A stretch of DNA of 64,000 bases from a virus (taxonomy: Duplodnaviria; Caudoviricetes), in the IMG/VR virus record IMGVR_UViG_2839026242_000001, positions 32,001-96,000 of that record; one strand, written 5' to 3'. Both the position numbers and the translations under genes were made by a program. Of this stretch, positions 47,130-57,097 are shown piece after piece (the first letter of the stretch is position 1; the number at the start of each line of letters is the position of its first letter). The notes below the pieces were generated by a model that was not told the origin of the DNA, did not search any database, and worked only from the letters and a program-made list of their open reading frames with translations.

Positions 47130-47164
47130 TAAATTCCCTCCTTTCTAATCAAACCCTCATTTGA

Positions 47165-47383
47165 TTAAAATTGATATTCTTCCCATTCTTCCATATCTAC
47201 TTGTTCATCACATTTTCCACAATAAATAACATCTTCATAAAATCCATCTATGTTTTCAGGTTCAATGTCATAAACTATACCATGTCTTGATCCTTCTTTT
47301 AAGTCAATTCTTTGTTTTGCTGCAACCGACACCGTAACATAGAAAAATCTAGACTCTCCACATTTTTTGCAAGTGTATTTCAT
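47165..47383 (-). CDS. Zn-ribbon protein
   Basis: CKKC...CGKC. Confidence 0.7.
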   Translation of the reverse strand: MKYTCKKCGESRFFYVTVSVAAKQRIDLKEGSRHGIVYDIEPENIDGFYEDVIYCGKCDEQVDMEEWEEYQF

Positions 47384-47404
47384 ACTATCTCCAACTTTCC
47401 TGAT

Positions 47405-47659
47405 TCATCCACTTACCACGTTCTTATAAGCCTTTTCGTAGCCCTTAACATCGCCTCTTTTGCTCCATTCATCATAGCAAGCATCAACTTGCCAATGATA
47501 ATCAGATCTTGGATTGTTAGCGGCATAAGCAGATAGCCAGATTTTATCTTCTGTTTCCTTAAGAAGAGATTCGTAATCCATGTTACTTAACTTTTCAAGG
47601 TATTCACTTTTTGGTCTACCGTAATTATCTTTACCTTCATAATTTCTGAGCATCAACAA
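47405..47659 (-). CDS. Hypothetical protein, paralog of 53191-53439
   Basis: Shared IWLSA.AANNPRSDYHWQ.DACYDEW. Confidence 0.8.
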   Translation of the reverse strand: MLMLRNYEGKDNYGRPKSEYLEKLSNMDYESLLKETEDKIWLSAYAANNPRSDYHWQVDACYDEWSKRGDVKGYEKAYKNVVSG

Positions 47660-47686
47660 ATCCTCCTTTTCCTATCAAATCCACTT

Positions 47687-48049
47687 TTATTGCAAACCAT
47701 CTAATGACGATGATTGGTCACAAAAATAGGCAGTTTCAATTAATGTAAATCTAATATAAACATCTGAGCCTCTTGTCCCTTGGTAAGCTCCATTAAAATC
47801 GGCATCAACAAATATTTTTCCTGTAATAGAACCTCCAATAACCTGATTCTCAAAATTCATATAATAATCTTCAGAAATAATCTCTAACTCATCTCCAAAA
47901 ACTAATTGCAATATAAATTTTAATTCTTTTAAATTACGCTTCCCTTTATAATAAACTAACTCCCCTTCATCATTTTCTTTCCATTTCTCTCTATTCCTGA
48001 AATACTGGCTTAAATTACGCTTTCTTTGTTCAAATTCTTTTGTATTCAA
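47687..48049 (-). CDS. Hypothetical protein
   Basis: ORF. Confidence 0.65.
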   Translation of the reverse strand: MNTKEFEQRKRNLSQYFRNREKWKENDEGELVYYKGKRNLKELKFILQLVFGDELEIISEDYYMNFENQVIGGSITGKIFVDADFNGAYQGTRGSDVYIRFTLIETAYFCDQSSSLDGLQ

Positions 48050-48166
48050 TGAACTATAACCCCCTTTTCGTTATTTCTCTAATGCTCCCATTTTATTATA
48101 TCATCATTATTCCCTATTTTCTTTCTGAAACGCTCATTTTATCAAACTTTTCCTAACAAACTCATT

Positions 48167-48604
48167 TTATTCACTTAAAATACATTCATGCCATCTAGTT
48201 TCAGAATACATACCTACATTAATACATGCTTTATCAATTTCTTTAAAATTATTTTGAAACCAATTAAGAAAGGATTTAACCTCTTTTGGATTAGCCACCT
48301 TTTTTGCCGATTCTATAGCTAAGAGTTTCATTTTATAATAAGAATTTCGATGCTTAAGCTTCTTGGGATCAGTTATAATTCTTTGCTCACTATCCCTGTA
48401 TTCAAATGCAAATATAGTGTTTGCAACCCATCCATGTCTCCCTTGATCAGAATAGTGAAAAAGGTTGCTTTCAAAATGGGTATTAAAATAAGATGCAATC
48501 ATATTAGATATGGTGTGGCACTTATTATTCATATTGGGATCGAAAATTTTAATAATATTAATTAAGCCAATTTCTACTTGTCGTAAAAATTCTAAATCCT
48601 TCAT
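48167..48604 (-). CDS. Hypothetical protein
   Basis: ORF. Confidence 0.65.
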   Translation of the reverse strand: MKDLEFLRQVEIGLINIIKIFDPNMNNKCHTISNMIASYFNTHFESNLFHYSDQGRHGWVANTIFAFEYRDSEQRIITDPKKLKHRNSYYKMKLLAIESAKKVANPKEVKSFLNWFQNNFKEIDKACINVGMYSETRWHECILSE

Positions 48605-48632
48605 ATTTTCACTTCCTCATTAAATTAACATT

Positions 48633-48872
48633 TCATCCTAATTGTATAATCTTAAATAATACCCCTGCTCCCTCAATTAATTCTCCAGTCTTATAATCAT
48701 GTCGATAATAACCCTTTTTATCTTTTGGATAATTCCAAAAGCGCTCAAATTTGTCCCTATCTGTTGTATGTAATAATCTACTATTGCTGTCCCATGTTAA
48801 AATTACTTCGTACTGTTCTCCAACTTTCCAGAGTTCATATTTAGTTTCAAGACATTCAATTACCGCATTCAT
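48633..48872 (-). CDS. Hypothetical protein, paralog of 46890-47129
   Basis: Paralogy. Confidence 0.8.
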   Translation of the reverse strand: MNAVIECLETKYELWKVGEQYEVILTWDSNSRLLHTTDRDKFERFWNYPKDKKGYYRHDYKTGELIEGAGVLFKIIQLG

Positions 48873-48903
48873 TCATAACCATCCTTCCTATAAAATCCCC
48901 ATT

Positions 48904-49137
48904 TTATCGAATTATCTCTATATACTTTTCAAATGTATCATGGTCTAATTCAAAATAAGGAAACTCTAAATCAAAATTATAAAGTTTAATTGAATAAAAA
49001 TTCTTGCCTCCACCAAGAGGGAAGACTATTGCCTCTCCTTCGTATCCAACTTCTGCTCTCAATACTGAATCCTTGCTGGTCAAATTTTTAAGCGAGAATG
49101 ACTTAATAACTCTTACTTTAACTGTTTGCTTTTCCAT
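48904..49137 (-). CDS. Hypothetical protein
   Basis: ORF with RBS. Confidence 0.65.
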   Translation of the reverse strand: MEKQTVKVRVIKSFSLKNLTSKDSVLRAEVGYEGEAIVFPLGGGKNFYSIKLYNFDLEFPYFELDHDTFEKYIEIIR

Positions 49138-49562
49138 GATAAATCACTCCTATATTCTTATGAAATACCATTTTAAAAGGATATATATTGTAATTCATCA
49201 TCAGTAAATCCAGCATATTCTCCATCAATAAATTCAAGTAGATTTAGCTTAATTCCATCAAGTGTTACTTGACCGTATTTTTTACCCACTTGGTTAAAAT
49301 AATTTGAGTCTCGGTTAATAACTTTGAATTTCATATAACATTCTCCTTTAGCTATGTTTTTTTCGATGAAATGCCAATTTGATTAAATTTCCTTCAATAG
49401 ATTCTCTATATATTGAATTCGTTCATCAACTAGAACTGCAACATAGCCATTCATTGTTTTATACTCTTTTAAACTTTCTAACTCCTTTCTTAAATCCTCT
49501 TCAAATAGTTTAACAATTTGATTCATGCCCACATCCCCTCCATTTTCAATCAAAACGATATT

Positions 49563-49748
49563 TCATTTACATTCTTCTGGTGATTTACCAACGCATTCCT
49601 CTTTAAAAGGAACACGAATTTGTTCACCAATCTTAATATTATCCAAGTAGTCTTTTTCATAAACTCCATTTCTCAATACAAGGATTGGTTGTCTTTCTGT
49701 CATTTTTAGTTCTCCAACTATTTCCCACTTTATTTCTTTGTCCCTCAT
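49563..49748 (-). CDS. Hypothetical protein
   Basis: ORF with GGAGG RBS. Confidence 0.6.
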   Translation of the reverse strand: MRDKEIKWEIVGELKMTERQPILVLRNGVYEKDYLDNIKIGEQIRVPFKEECVGKSPEECK

Positions 49749-50244
49749 AAATTAACCTCCTATTTTCCATAAGCCGATATTTGATTATTATACTGGATCA
49801 TTTTCTTTATCTCGAAGAGTGTGAATTTGCTCATTCAGATCACTTTATATTTGTTTTAAATCAAAAATCACATCATTGCTTTTATTGTGAGTCAATTTCT
49901 TTAATGAGCAAACTTGCTTCGCTTAAATAATCTGCTGCCGCTCTTCTTGCCTCAACAGCCTCTGTAATATCTCGTTTCTTTTGACTTTGGTTTAACATTG
50001 GATTCACCTCGCTAAAAAATAATCAACTCGCGTTTATTAATGATCATTTATTCATCGTTAACTGCCCAAAATGTCCACAATTCAAGCATAGACATGATGC
50101 AACCACTTCATAAAACTTTTCAACTTCGTATTCACCTGTCCAACGTGAATGAATAATGCGGTTAATATTCTGAGAATCGCATTTTTCACATTTCATTACA
50201 ACACTATGATTAGACATAAATTGAACCCCATCTTCCTAATCAAA

Positions 50245-50640
50245 TTACCTTTTCATTTGTTTTTCTTCTATCTCTTTGATTGCTTCTTCTTCGCGTTTAA
50301 TCATTTGTTTTGCAAGTTTAAGCATGCGTTTGCGGTTTTCAATACTTGTTGAATCATTACCCCATCCGATAATATTTAGTGAATTTTGATAAGCAATGAA
50401 CATTCGTGGATCGTCAGCATGATGCGCTTTCGCAACCAATACATTATTGCAATGATTACCAATACCAAATGAATTAATGTTGTTTTGTTCAACACGCCCC
50501 AGATATCTTCTATATCCATTCATTCCCTCGTCAATTGCTTCAATAAATTCTTTAGGGTACTTTTCAATTTGATCCCATCCATCGTTCAGAATAGTAATTG
50601 TAGTCATATATCCCATATTCAAACTCTCCATTTTAATCAA
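50245..50640 (-). CDS. Hypothetical protein
   Basis: ORF; start probably MGYMT. Confidence 0.7.
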   Translation of the reverse strand: MIKMESLNMGYMTTITILNDGWDQIEKYPKEFIEAIDEGMNGYRRYLGRVEQNNINSFGIGNHCNNVLVAKAHHADDPRMFIAYQNSLNIIGWGNDSTSIENRKRMLKLAKQMIKREEEAIKEIEEKQMKR

Positions 50641-50649
50641 ATCTTGTTT

Positions 50650-50883
50650 TCATTTATTGTTTTTAAAGCGCTGTAATTCTTCTTGTTCCTGACGAATCAA
50701 TTCCTTACTTACCTTGCCTATTTCGCTATCAGAGATGTCGCGTTCATTCATGAATGCCTCGTGTTGCAATCTCCAGTATTTTTCTCGAATTTTTCTTATC
50801 TCTGAATTTTGAATACGACTTATTTCATCTTGGTTCAATACTTCTTTAAATTGCTTTTCTTCGCTCAAATAATTCATTTTCAA
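50650..50883 (-). CDS. Hypothetical protein
   Basis: ORF with GGAGG RBS. Confidence 0.65.
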   Translation of the reverse strand: MKMNYLSEEKQFKEVLNQDEISRIQNSEIRKIREKYWRLQHEAFMNERDISDSEIGKVSKELIRQEQEELQRFKNNK

Positions 50884-50908
50884 AAAACCTCCTTATGAAA
50901 TCACCGTT

Positions 50909-51157
50909 TTATGCTGTTGCAGTTTTTACTTCAATAGCACAATTCTTACATATCAGCTTGCCTTTAAAATAAATTGTGTCATCTGCATTACCGCAAAACA
51001 AACAAGATGGCTGATATTTCTTCAGAATGATCTGCTCCCCATCCACATAAATCTCTAGAGCGTCTTTGATGTTGATATCAAAGGTGTCCCTTAGTTCTTT
51101 TGGTAGAACAATACGTCCCAATTCATCCACTTTTCTAACTATACCAGTTGCTTTCAT
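50909..51157 (-). CDS. abrB: AbrB transition-state regulator homolog
   Basis: MKATGIVRKVDELGRIVLPKELR...IILKKY...CLFC...CKNC. Confidence 0.92.
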   Translation of the reverse strand: MKATGIVRKVDELGRIVLPKELRDTFDINIKDALEIYVDGEQIILKKYQPSCLFCGNADDTIYFKGKLICKNCAIEVKTATA

Positions 51158-51177
51158 TGCATCATCCCCTTTTCAAA

Positions 51178-51369
51178 TTAACTATTGTAATAAGACCCCT
51201 TTATCTCAGACGAGATAGTTTGCAAACGCTCAATGAAAACATCCAATTGGGAAACCGTTGAAAATCTCAGAATCGTTGTTCCGATATGAACAAGTACACA
51301 TTCATCAACAACGTCTCCATCTTTGTCGTATTGATTCACGCTGAAAGTTGCATCACTATATACACTCAT
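51178..51369 (-). CDS. Hypothetical protein
   Basis: ORF with RBS bounded by class II motifs. Confidence 0.65.
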   Translation of the reverse strand: MSVYSDATFSVNQYDKDGDVVDECVLVHIGTTILRFSTVSQLDVFIERLQTISSEIKGSYYNS

Positions 51370-51403
51370 AAAGTTCCTCCCTATTTACTTAATACACAGT
51401 TTG

Positions 51404-51841
51404 TTAAGACCGCCATAACCCGAGTTCTTTCAACGTGTTGCGGGCAAGTTCCCAATCACTCAATCCGATCTCTCTTCCGTCACTAGCGTACCACCGTAAA
51501 GCATGGACAAGTTTCTCGTATCCGGCGTCAGCTGCGGCAACCACCCTGACATTCTCTGCTTTCAACCGTTCGATCTCCGCTTTCAATCGCTTGACTACAT
51601 CCCGATAAAGTTTGCAGTCGTCTTCCAAGTCTTTTTCGATCCGCATATAGAATTCAATCACTCTTGCCCGGGCTTCGTTCAGCTCGTTTGCTGCCTTCTC
51701 AGCGCACAGTAACCGCATCAACGCCCTGTGTACTGAGCCATGCGGATTGTGATACTGCAAAAGAGTCTCGATATCCTTACGTTCCTCTTCTTTGAGCGGT
51801 CGATCCCATCCAAATGCCTTTCCTTCAGTGTAGATGCTCAT
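51404..51841 (-). CDS. Hypothetical coiled-coil phage protein
   Basis: ORF, locally higher GC, bounded by class II motifs. Confidence 0.7.
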   Translation of the reverse strand: MSIYTEGKAFGWDRPLKEEERKDIETLLQYHNPHGSVHRALMRLLCAEKAANELNEARARVIEFYMRIEKDLEDDCKLYRDVVKRLKAEIERLKAENVRVVAAADAGYEKLVHALRWYASDGREIGLSDWELARNTLKELGLWRS

Positions 51842-51892
51842 ACTTTCCCCTCCCGATTATCAAACTGAGCATTTTGTAAAATTACTTATCAC

Positions 51893-52228
51893 TCAGTGAA
51901 GAAGCACAGTATCACTGGTAGACGTATCTGCATATTGAATGATTACTCCATACTTTCTTAGATCCGATTCGATCCTTGATAGTTCATTGGTGTCACGAGA
52001 AAACCGAGAAGGCTCAACCGCGATCACTCTTTCTAGTGCATTGTGCCTTGCGACTTCAAACATGGCAGCAATTCCATCTCTATCATTTTCTAATCCTGAT
52101 ACCCCATTGTCAGTGAAGAAAATGACTTTCCTACCTTTTTCAATTAGCATTAGACATTTCTCTTTTTGGAGTTTAATTGCTTCTTCGTCTTTTGTTGCAG
52201 TTCTTGAGTATACTCCGATCATTTTCAT
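51893..52228 (-). CDS. Stand-alone serine-recombinase catalytic domain, catalytic Ser replaced by Ala
   Basis: YSRTAT (vs YxRVST), DNGVSG...RDG, SRFSRD; no DNA-binding domain. Confidence 0.8.
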   Translation of the reverse strand: MKMIGVYSRTATKDEEAIKLQKEKCLMLIEKGRKVIFFTDNGVSGLENDRDGIAAMFEVARHNALERVIAVEPSRFSRDTNELSRIESDLRKYGVIIQYADTSTSDTVLLH

Positions 52229-52252
52229 AATCCCATCTCCCCCTTCAAATCT

Positions 52253-52615
52253 TCATTTTATGGCAAAATTATGCGTCCAAATCATTAACATTATTCCTAC
52301 AAATGCCGCAACAGCACAAAACCCAATAACTGAAAAATAAAATATACTTAACTTAGCTATCTCCTCTTCCGTCATTGACTTGACATCAAAAGATCCTTTG
52401 ATAAGCACCTGTAGAGGATAAGCAATTAATAAAGTAAGAAACACTGCTCCAAATACCGCACCCACTGACAACAAGATTTTCAACCCGATTTGGTTCGCAA
52501 TTTCACTGTAAGTATTAATAATTGTAAAAACAGCAACTGCTGAAACGCCAAATATTGAGCATAGTGCAGCAACGATATTTAATACTCTTTCAAAAAAAGC
52601 AAACTTTGCTTTCAT
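52253..52615 (-). CDS. 3-TM membrane protein
   Basis: Three hydrophobic segments. Confidence 0.65.
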   Translation of the reverse strand: MKAKFAFFERVLNIVAALCSIFGVSAVAVFTIINTYSEIANQIGLKILLSVGAVFGAVFLTLLIAYPLQVLIKGSFDVKSMTEEEIAKLSIFYFSVIGFCAVAAFVGIMLMIWTHNFAIK

Positions 52616-52644
52616 ACTCTCACCTTTTGTTTAAAAACCATCTT

Positions 52645-52836
52645 TCATTCGGTTTCTTGTTGTCCATATGACCATCTATCATCAATAAATTGTTTCAGTC
52701 GTTTCAACTCTTGTGCTCTGTTATTTGCATTTTCAAATCCATGTTGATTCCCTTGCTTCTTAAAATCTTCGGCAAAATGCTCCAACTGAGCAATACGTAC
52801 AACAATCTCTTCAATAATATCTTCAATTTTCAACAT
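52645..52836 (-). CDS. Hypothetical protein
   Basis: ORF with RBS. Confidence 0.65.
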   Translation of the reverse strand: MLKIEDIIEEIVVRIAQLEHFAEDFKKQGNQHGFENANNRAQELKRLKQFIDDRWSYGQQETE

Positions 52837-52868
52837 ATAAACCGCTCCTTTCTGATGAAAATCTTCTT

Positions 52869-53147
52869 TTATCGAATTACTATTTGAAATTCACCTGTAT
52901 CTTGATTTTTCTCTAAAGTATATTTCTGTTGATCACTGTAAAACACCAGTTGTCTCATATTGCTGTTTTGTCGATCTATTTCGTATGGCTTTTGCCAAGT
53001 GTGCTGTAAATATGACTCCGACTTAGCGAGAAAATCTGCTTCTTCATGTCGTTTTTCAAGTGGGAAAATAACCAACCCAAGTAGTAAAGCAATCGAAACA
53101 GGAAAATATATTGGGAACCAACTGATTAGCTGATTTTTAATCTGCAT
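52869..53147 (-). CDS. Membrane-anchored hypothetical protein
   Basis: N-terminal TM. Confidence 0.65.
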   Translation of the reverse strand: MQIKNQLISWFPIYFPVSIALLLGLVIFPLEKRHEEADFLAKSESYLQHTWQKPYEIDRQNSNMRQLVFYSDQQKYTLEKNQDTGEFQIVIR

Positions 53148-53190
53148 TAGTTCCTACCTCAAATCTTGATAAATTTCTCCTTTTATCGTG

Positions 53191-53439
53191 TTATTGATTG
53201 GCTGCACGTTTCCACGCTTTTTCATAACCACCCACATCATTACGTTTAACCCATTCATCATAACAAGCATCACATTGCCAATGATAATCTGATCTGGGGT
53301 TGTTTGCTGCGAATGCTGATAACCAAATTTTTTGTTCAGTTTCCTCTAGTAATTCTTCTCTGCTCATACCTGCTATTTTACTCAAATATTCGCTCTTCGG
53401 TTTTCCATAGTTATCATTACCTTCATACTTTCTCAACAC
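53191..53439 (-). CDS. Hypothetical protein, paralog of 47405-47659
   Basis: Paralogy. Confidence 0.8.
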   Translation of the reverse strand: MLRKYEGNDNYGKPKSEYLSKIAGMSREELLEETEQKIWLSAFAANNPRSDYHWQCDACYDEWVKRNDVGGYEKAWKRAANQ

Positions 53440-53482
53440 TTTAAATCACTCCCAATCAAATATTGAATTTATAGAATTTGAT

Positions 53483-53698
53483 TTATAGATCCATCAATGT
53501 TCGTTTTCCTTCATCCGTCAATCGTATTGCTCCATGTAAGAACCTGTTATAGTGATATTCTTCAATTAACTTAAGTTTAACCAAGGATTCAACTGTTCTT
53601 GTGTTATAAGCATCTTTGGGATGATGTTTCTCGCCATCATGATATGGTTTTGAAAGTTGAAACAACAACAATTGCTGCGCATTAGTCAATTTATACAA
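53483..53698 (-). CDS. Small winged-helix-like protein
   Basis: KLTNAQQLLL...RTVESLVKLKLI...RLTDEGK. Confidence 0.65.
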   Translation of the reverse strand: MYKLTNAQQLLLFQLSKPYHDGEKHHPKDAYNTRTVESLVKLKLIEEYHYNRFLHGAIRLTDEGKRTLMDL

Positions 53699-54075
53699 AC
53701 TGAATGTCTCCTTCTCAATCGAATATTAATTTTTAAATAGAATCAGCAATTAACGATCTTACCGATTTGAACAGCGTAAAAAACATTTTCGCCCTCTTTT
53801 TGCTTCAAAAACAATGGACATTCAGGAACCCTTACCACATCATTCTCGTGCAAAACAATATCAGATTTAATCTTGAATTCGTGCATATCAGTATAAATTA
53901 TATATTCCATTTTCTCCACTTCCTTTTTAAATTAGCTATCGTGCTAAGCACTCCTTAGCGCAGGTTTCGCAAAGACGGAGTACATCTTCCTCAGTTACCC
54001 CTCCTATTGGCATTACCGACACGGTTTCAATCTGCTTTTCGCAATAGTCGCACATACTCTTTCCTCTCTATGCAA

Positions 54076-54732
54076 TCAATCAAAATCCTCATATTCATCT
54101 TCAAGCCACCACTCCCACCAAGATTCTTCCTCCTCTTCATCTTCTTCCCACCAGCACTTTCGCACAGGCACTGGCTTTCTAGAGTCCATAATTTTCTTGC
54201 ACCTATCTCTAAAGTCATTCTCATCCAGAGACGTTTTGATAAACTCAACCAATAACTCCTGCTTTTTGTAAAAGTGTAAAGCAAGATTTAGGATGTAATC
54301 GGAAGGTTCATCCCAGCCATGTGAAATAAAAAGTTTAATGATCTCTTGTTTTCTCTCCTCCATAATTTCGAAGTATCTCTGGCGATTTCTTTCGTCCCTA
54401 AGTCGTTTTCTTTCCTCGTGCAGTTCTTTGATCTTTTTTCGCCAAGCTTTATACGCTTTCTTTTTTTCAGCATCCATAGACTGCCAAACTTTTGGACTGA
54501 CTGGATCTAACACCTTTTTAAGATAAAACGTCCTCCCGTCAGTGGTGGACAGAAAAGGCCCTCGCTTTGAATAACTAAGAGTGCAGTGTTCGCCGCGTTC
54601 ATCAAAAAACTCATAAGTACCTTCACTTTTTGGTCTTGCATCAAAGTTATCTGGTACGACATAAAACACACCACTTTCAGCAATTTGATAGTTTTCACAC
54701 ATTTTCAAAACTATAACTTGCAGCATATGCAC
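54076..54732 (-). CDS. Hypothetical protein with acidic/Trp-rich tail
   Basis: ORF. Confidence 0.65.
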   Translation of the reverse strand: MHMLQVIVLKMCENYQIAESGVFYVVPDNFDARPKSEGTYEFFDERGEHCTLSYSKRGPFLSTTDGRTFYLKKVLDPVSPKVWQSMDAEKKKAYKAWRKKIKELHEERKRLRDERNRQRYFEIMEERKQEIIKLFISHGWDEPSDYILNLALHFYKKQELLVEFIKTSLDENDFRDRCKKIMDSRKPVPVRKCWWEEDEEEEESWWEWWLEDEYEDFD

Positions 54733-54804
54733 ACACCCTTAAACCATATTTCACTCAAAACACAAATAAAAATTGTCTAACACGTTCCATATTAGTCTTC
54801 CTTT

Positions 54805-55095
54805 CTAACAATCAAAGTGATTGACTGTCAGTAATCCATCCTTGTAAAGCTTCTCCAATAACCTAACTTTACTCTCCATACTTACACATTCGAGCGACAA
54901 AGGAGCATTTACAAGTACATTTGTTTTTGTGTTCATCAATCGTTCCACTTCATTTTTCTCGTACAGATATGTTCCGCAAAATTGCTCCATCCACTCGGGC
55001 ATTGCCCACTTCATTAAGATCTCTTGGCCGTTAATATCCTTGTAACCTGTTGGCTTCATAAAATTTCTTCCTTTCTTCAACTTTTTGTAACTCAT
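54805..55095 (-). CDS. Hypothetical protein
   Basis: ORF. Confidence 0.55.
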   Translation of the reverse strand: MSYKKLKKGRNFMKPTGYKDINGQEILMKWAMPEWMEQFCGTYLYEKNEVERLMNTKTNVLVNAPLSLECVSMESKVRLLEKLYKDGLLTVNHFDC

Positions 55096-55316
55096 TTATT
55101 TCGATGTTTCTCAATCATTCTTTGAATCTCAATCAATAATTTCGGATCATCAGGCAACTCAATTTTGTTTACTTTTCTCACTACAATTTCATCTCCGTTA
55201 ACCTCAACAGATACAGTATCTCCCTGTTCAATTCCTATTTCCCTTAGTTGCTCTGTCATGGACACCCCTAAGCTGTTTCCAATCTTGATGACTTTACGTT
55301 CCAATGTATGTATCAC
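55092..55316 (-). CDS. AbrB/MazE/SpoVT-family protein (antitoxin-like)
   Basis: RKVIKIGNSLGVS...GIEQGDTVSVEV..DEIVVRK. Confidence 0.85.
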   Translation of the reverse strand: MIHTLERKVIKIGNSLGVSMTEQLREIGIEQGDTVSVEVNGDEIVVRKVNKIELPDDPKLLIEIQRMIEKHRNK

Positions 55317-55337
55317 CTCTCTCTTTCTTTATGATTC

Positions 55338-55367
55338 CATTATAACCGTTATGACGTTATAACGCAA
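55338..55367 (-). promoter_or_regulatory. SigA promoter with overlapping palindromic operators
   Basis: TTGCGT-N17-TATAAT; CGTTATAACG palindrome at 55355-55364 plus two imperfect copies. Confidence 0.75.
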
Positions 55368-55506
55368 GTGTTTTACTTGTAGTTTTTTATTTTATTACAT
55401 TAACTACAAATGGGATGCTAACACAACATCCCATTTAATAACTTGCCCTATTTTTTAGGCTTCCTCTTGTTTATTCATGATAGCCACCATCCGATACAAT
55501 AAGTCT

Positions 55507-55845
55507 TTAATCGTGATCCCAACCTCGTTTTTGTGCCTCCGCTTTAATTTCCTCTAAATCTTGTTCGGTTGGTACATCCATATTTTCACTTTCGTCCTCC
55601 TCGTAATACAATCCGATTTTGTGAGGAGATTCTTGTATTCCAAATTGAAAAGCTTTCGTATATACTAATTCAACTGCATGAAACAGTGTAGATTCCAAAT
55701 ATGTTGTGGAAATAACTCCATCCGTATTTCCCCGAAACTTTCCCATAGCCTTATTCTCTTCATTGTCTTGTGTTTCCAACCAAAACAGCTTTGCTGCCCA
55801 TTTTCCATCAAGTTTCTTTACCTTAATTGTATGCATGTATGTCAT
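55507..55845 (-). CDS. Hypothetical protein
   Basis: ORF. Confidence 0.65.
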   Translation of the reverse strand: MTYMHTIKVKKLDGKWAAKLFWLETQDNEENKAMGKFRGNTDGVISTTYLESTLFHAVELVYTKAFQFGIQESPHKIGLYYEEDESENMDVPTEQDLEEIKAEAQKRGWDHD

Positions 55846-56142
55846 AGCAAAGTCTTCCCCCTAACAAAATTTGACTTTCATTCAAATATTTGAAACGAAT
55901 CGTCTTGCCATTTCGTAAAGCAGTGCGTCTTCAGTCACACGCAAATTGTTCTCTCCAAACTTTTCTTCAAATTTCACTTGTATCTCCCTGACAATCCCTT
56001 TTGGCAGAACACCGCTGTTATACTTCCATTCGGTGATTTCTTCAAATGCTTGTTTTAATTGTTCATCAGTAAGCGACTATACTAATTCTTTCAGAAACAT
56101 ATAATATCCCTCCAGTTAAAGTCACATTTTTAAAGTGACTTT

Positions 56143-56418
56143 TTAAAAATTATTAATCCAAAAATGATTTCCCGGCATATAGTAGCAAAGTTGTTTTGTT
56201 ATCCCTTTATCTTTTAAGAAGCTCTCCAACATTTGTATAAATTTTTCGTTAACATGAACCCAAATTTTATTATCTACAAATGGATCATGAAAAACATTCT
56301 TTACCTGAATTTCATTTTCTTTTACCAGAACTAAGCGAATAATACTTCCTTTCTCAATTAATAGTTGATTAAATTCATCTACCATTTGTTTTGTCATAAG
56401 TTGCTCCATAATTATCAT
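56143..56418 (-). CDS. Hypothetical protein
   Basis: ORF. Confidence 0.6.
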   Translation of the reverse strand: MIIMEQLMTKQMVDEFNQLLIEKGSIIRLVLVKENEIQVKNVFHDPFVDNKIWVHVNEKFIQMLESFLKDKGITKQLCYYMPGNHFWINNF

Positions 56419-56585
56419 CTCCCTATGAAATCAAAGTTTTAACTAACCTAATTATACTTAGTGTCCATAGCTTATGTACTGTTTAATAAGTATTTCTCTC
56501 TCAATGCCGAAAATCCCTTCACGCTCTAGTTTTTTAATAAATTTTTTAATTTTCATTATTACTATCCGCCCTCTCAGAAATTCAA

Positions 56586-56990
56586 TTAGACTTCGATCAA
56601 TTCTTCTTTATTTTTATTTTTAACGGCAAAAAATTCACTTGGTGATACCAAACCAAAACTAATTTTCAATGCCTCATTTACTTTTTGCATAGTTTTCTCA
56701 TCCAATCTGCTAACTTTATCAGTCAATCTTAGCTTGTCAATGGTTCGTATCTGTTCCGATAAAACAACAGAGTCTCGCTCAAGTCCGAATGTTTTTGCAT
56801 CCAATTCCACATGCGTAGGCAATTTTGCTTTTGAAATCTGTGAGGTAATTGCTGCGACGATGACCGTTGGACTAAATCGATTTCCAATGTCGTTCTGAAT
56901 GACTAAAACAGGTCGCACGCCTCCTTGCTCAGAGCCAATGACAGGTGATAGATCAGCCAAATAAATTTCTCCCCTACATACTCTTCTCAA
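56586..56990 (-). CDS. mazF: MazF/PemK endoribonuclease (NdoA/EndoA-like), no adjacent antitoxin
   Basis: [44 protein letters not shown]...[11 protein letters not shown]. Confidence 0.93.
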   Translation of the reverse strand: MRRVCRGEIYLADLSPVIGSEQGGVRPVLVIQNDIGNRFSPTVIVAAITSQISKAKLPTHVELDAKTFGLERDSVVLSEQIRTIDKLRLTDKVSRLDEKTMQKVNEALKISFGLVSPSEFFAVKNKNKEELIEV

Positions 56991-57068
56991 TAATCTTCAC
57001 TCCCTATGGTTTCGTTAATGCCACTAATATATATCGCTTTGCAATTTACTTTTATATCTTATATCTAT

Positions 57069-57097
57069 ATATTACCACGCAGACGAGATTATTACAA
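57069..57097 (-). promoter_or_regulatory. Putative promoter directly upstream of mazF
   Basis: TTGTAA-N17-TAATAT with extended TG. Confidence 0.55.

Noticed and set aside
54027..54698. Overlapping minus-strand ORFs 54027-54284, 54288-54473 and 54507-54698
   Set aside because: Alternative frames inside 54076-54732 without RBS support.
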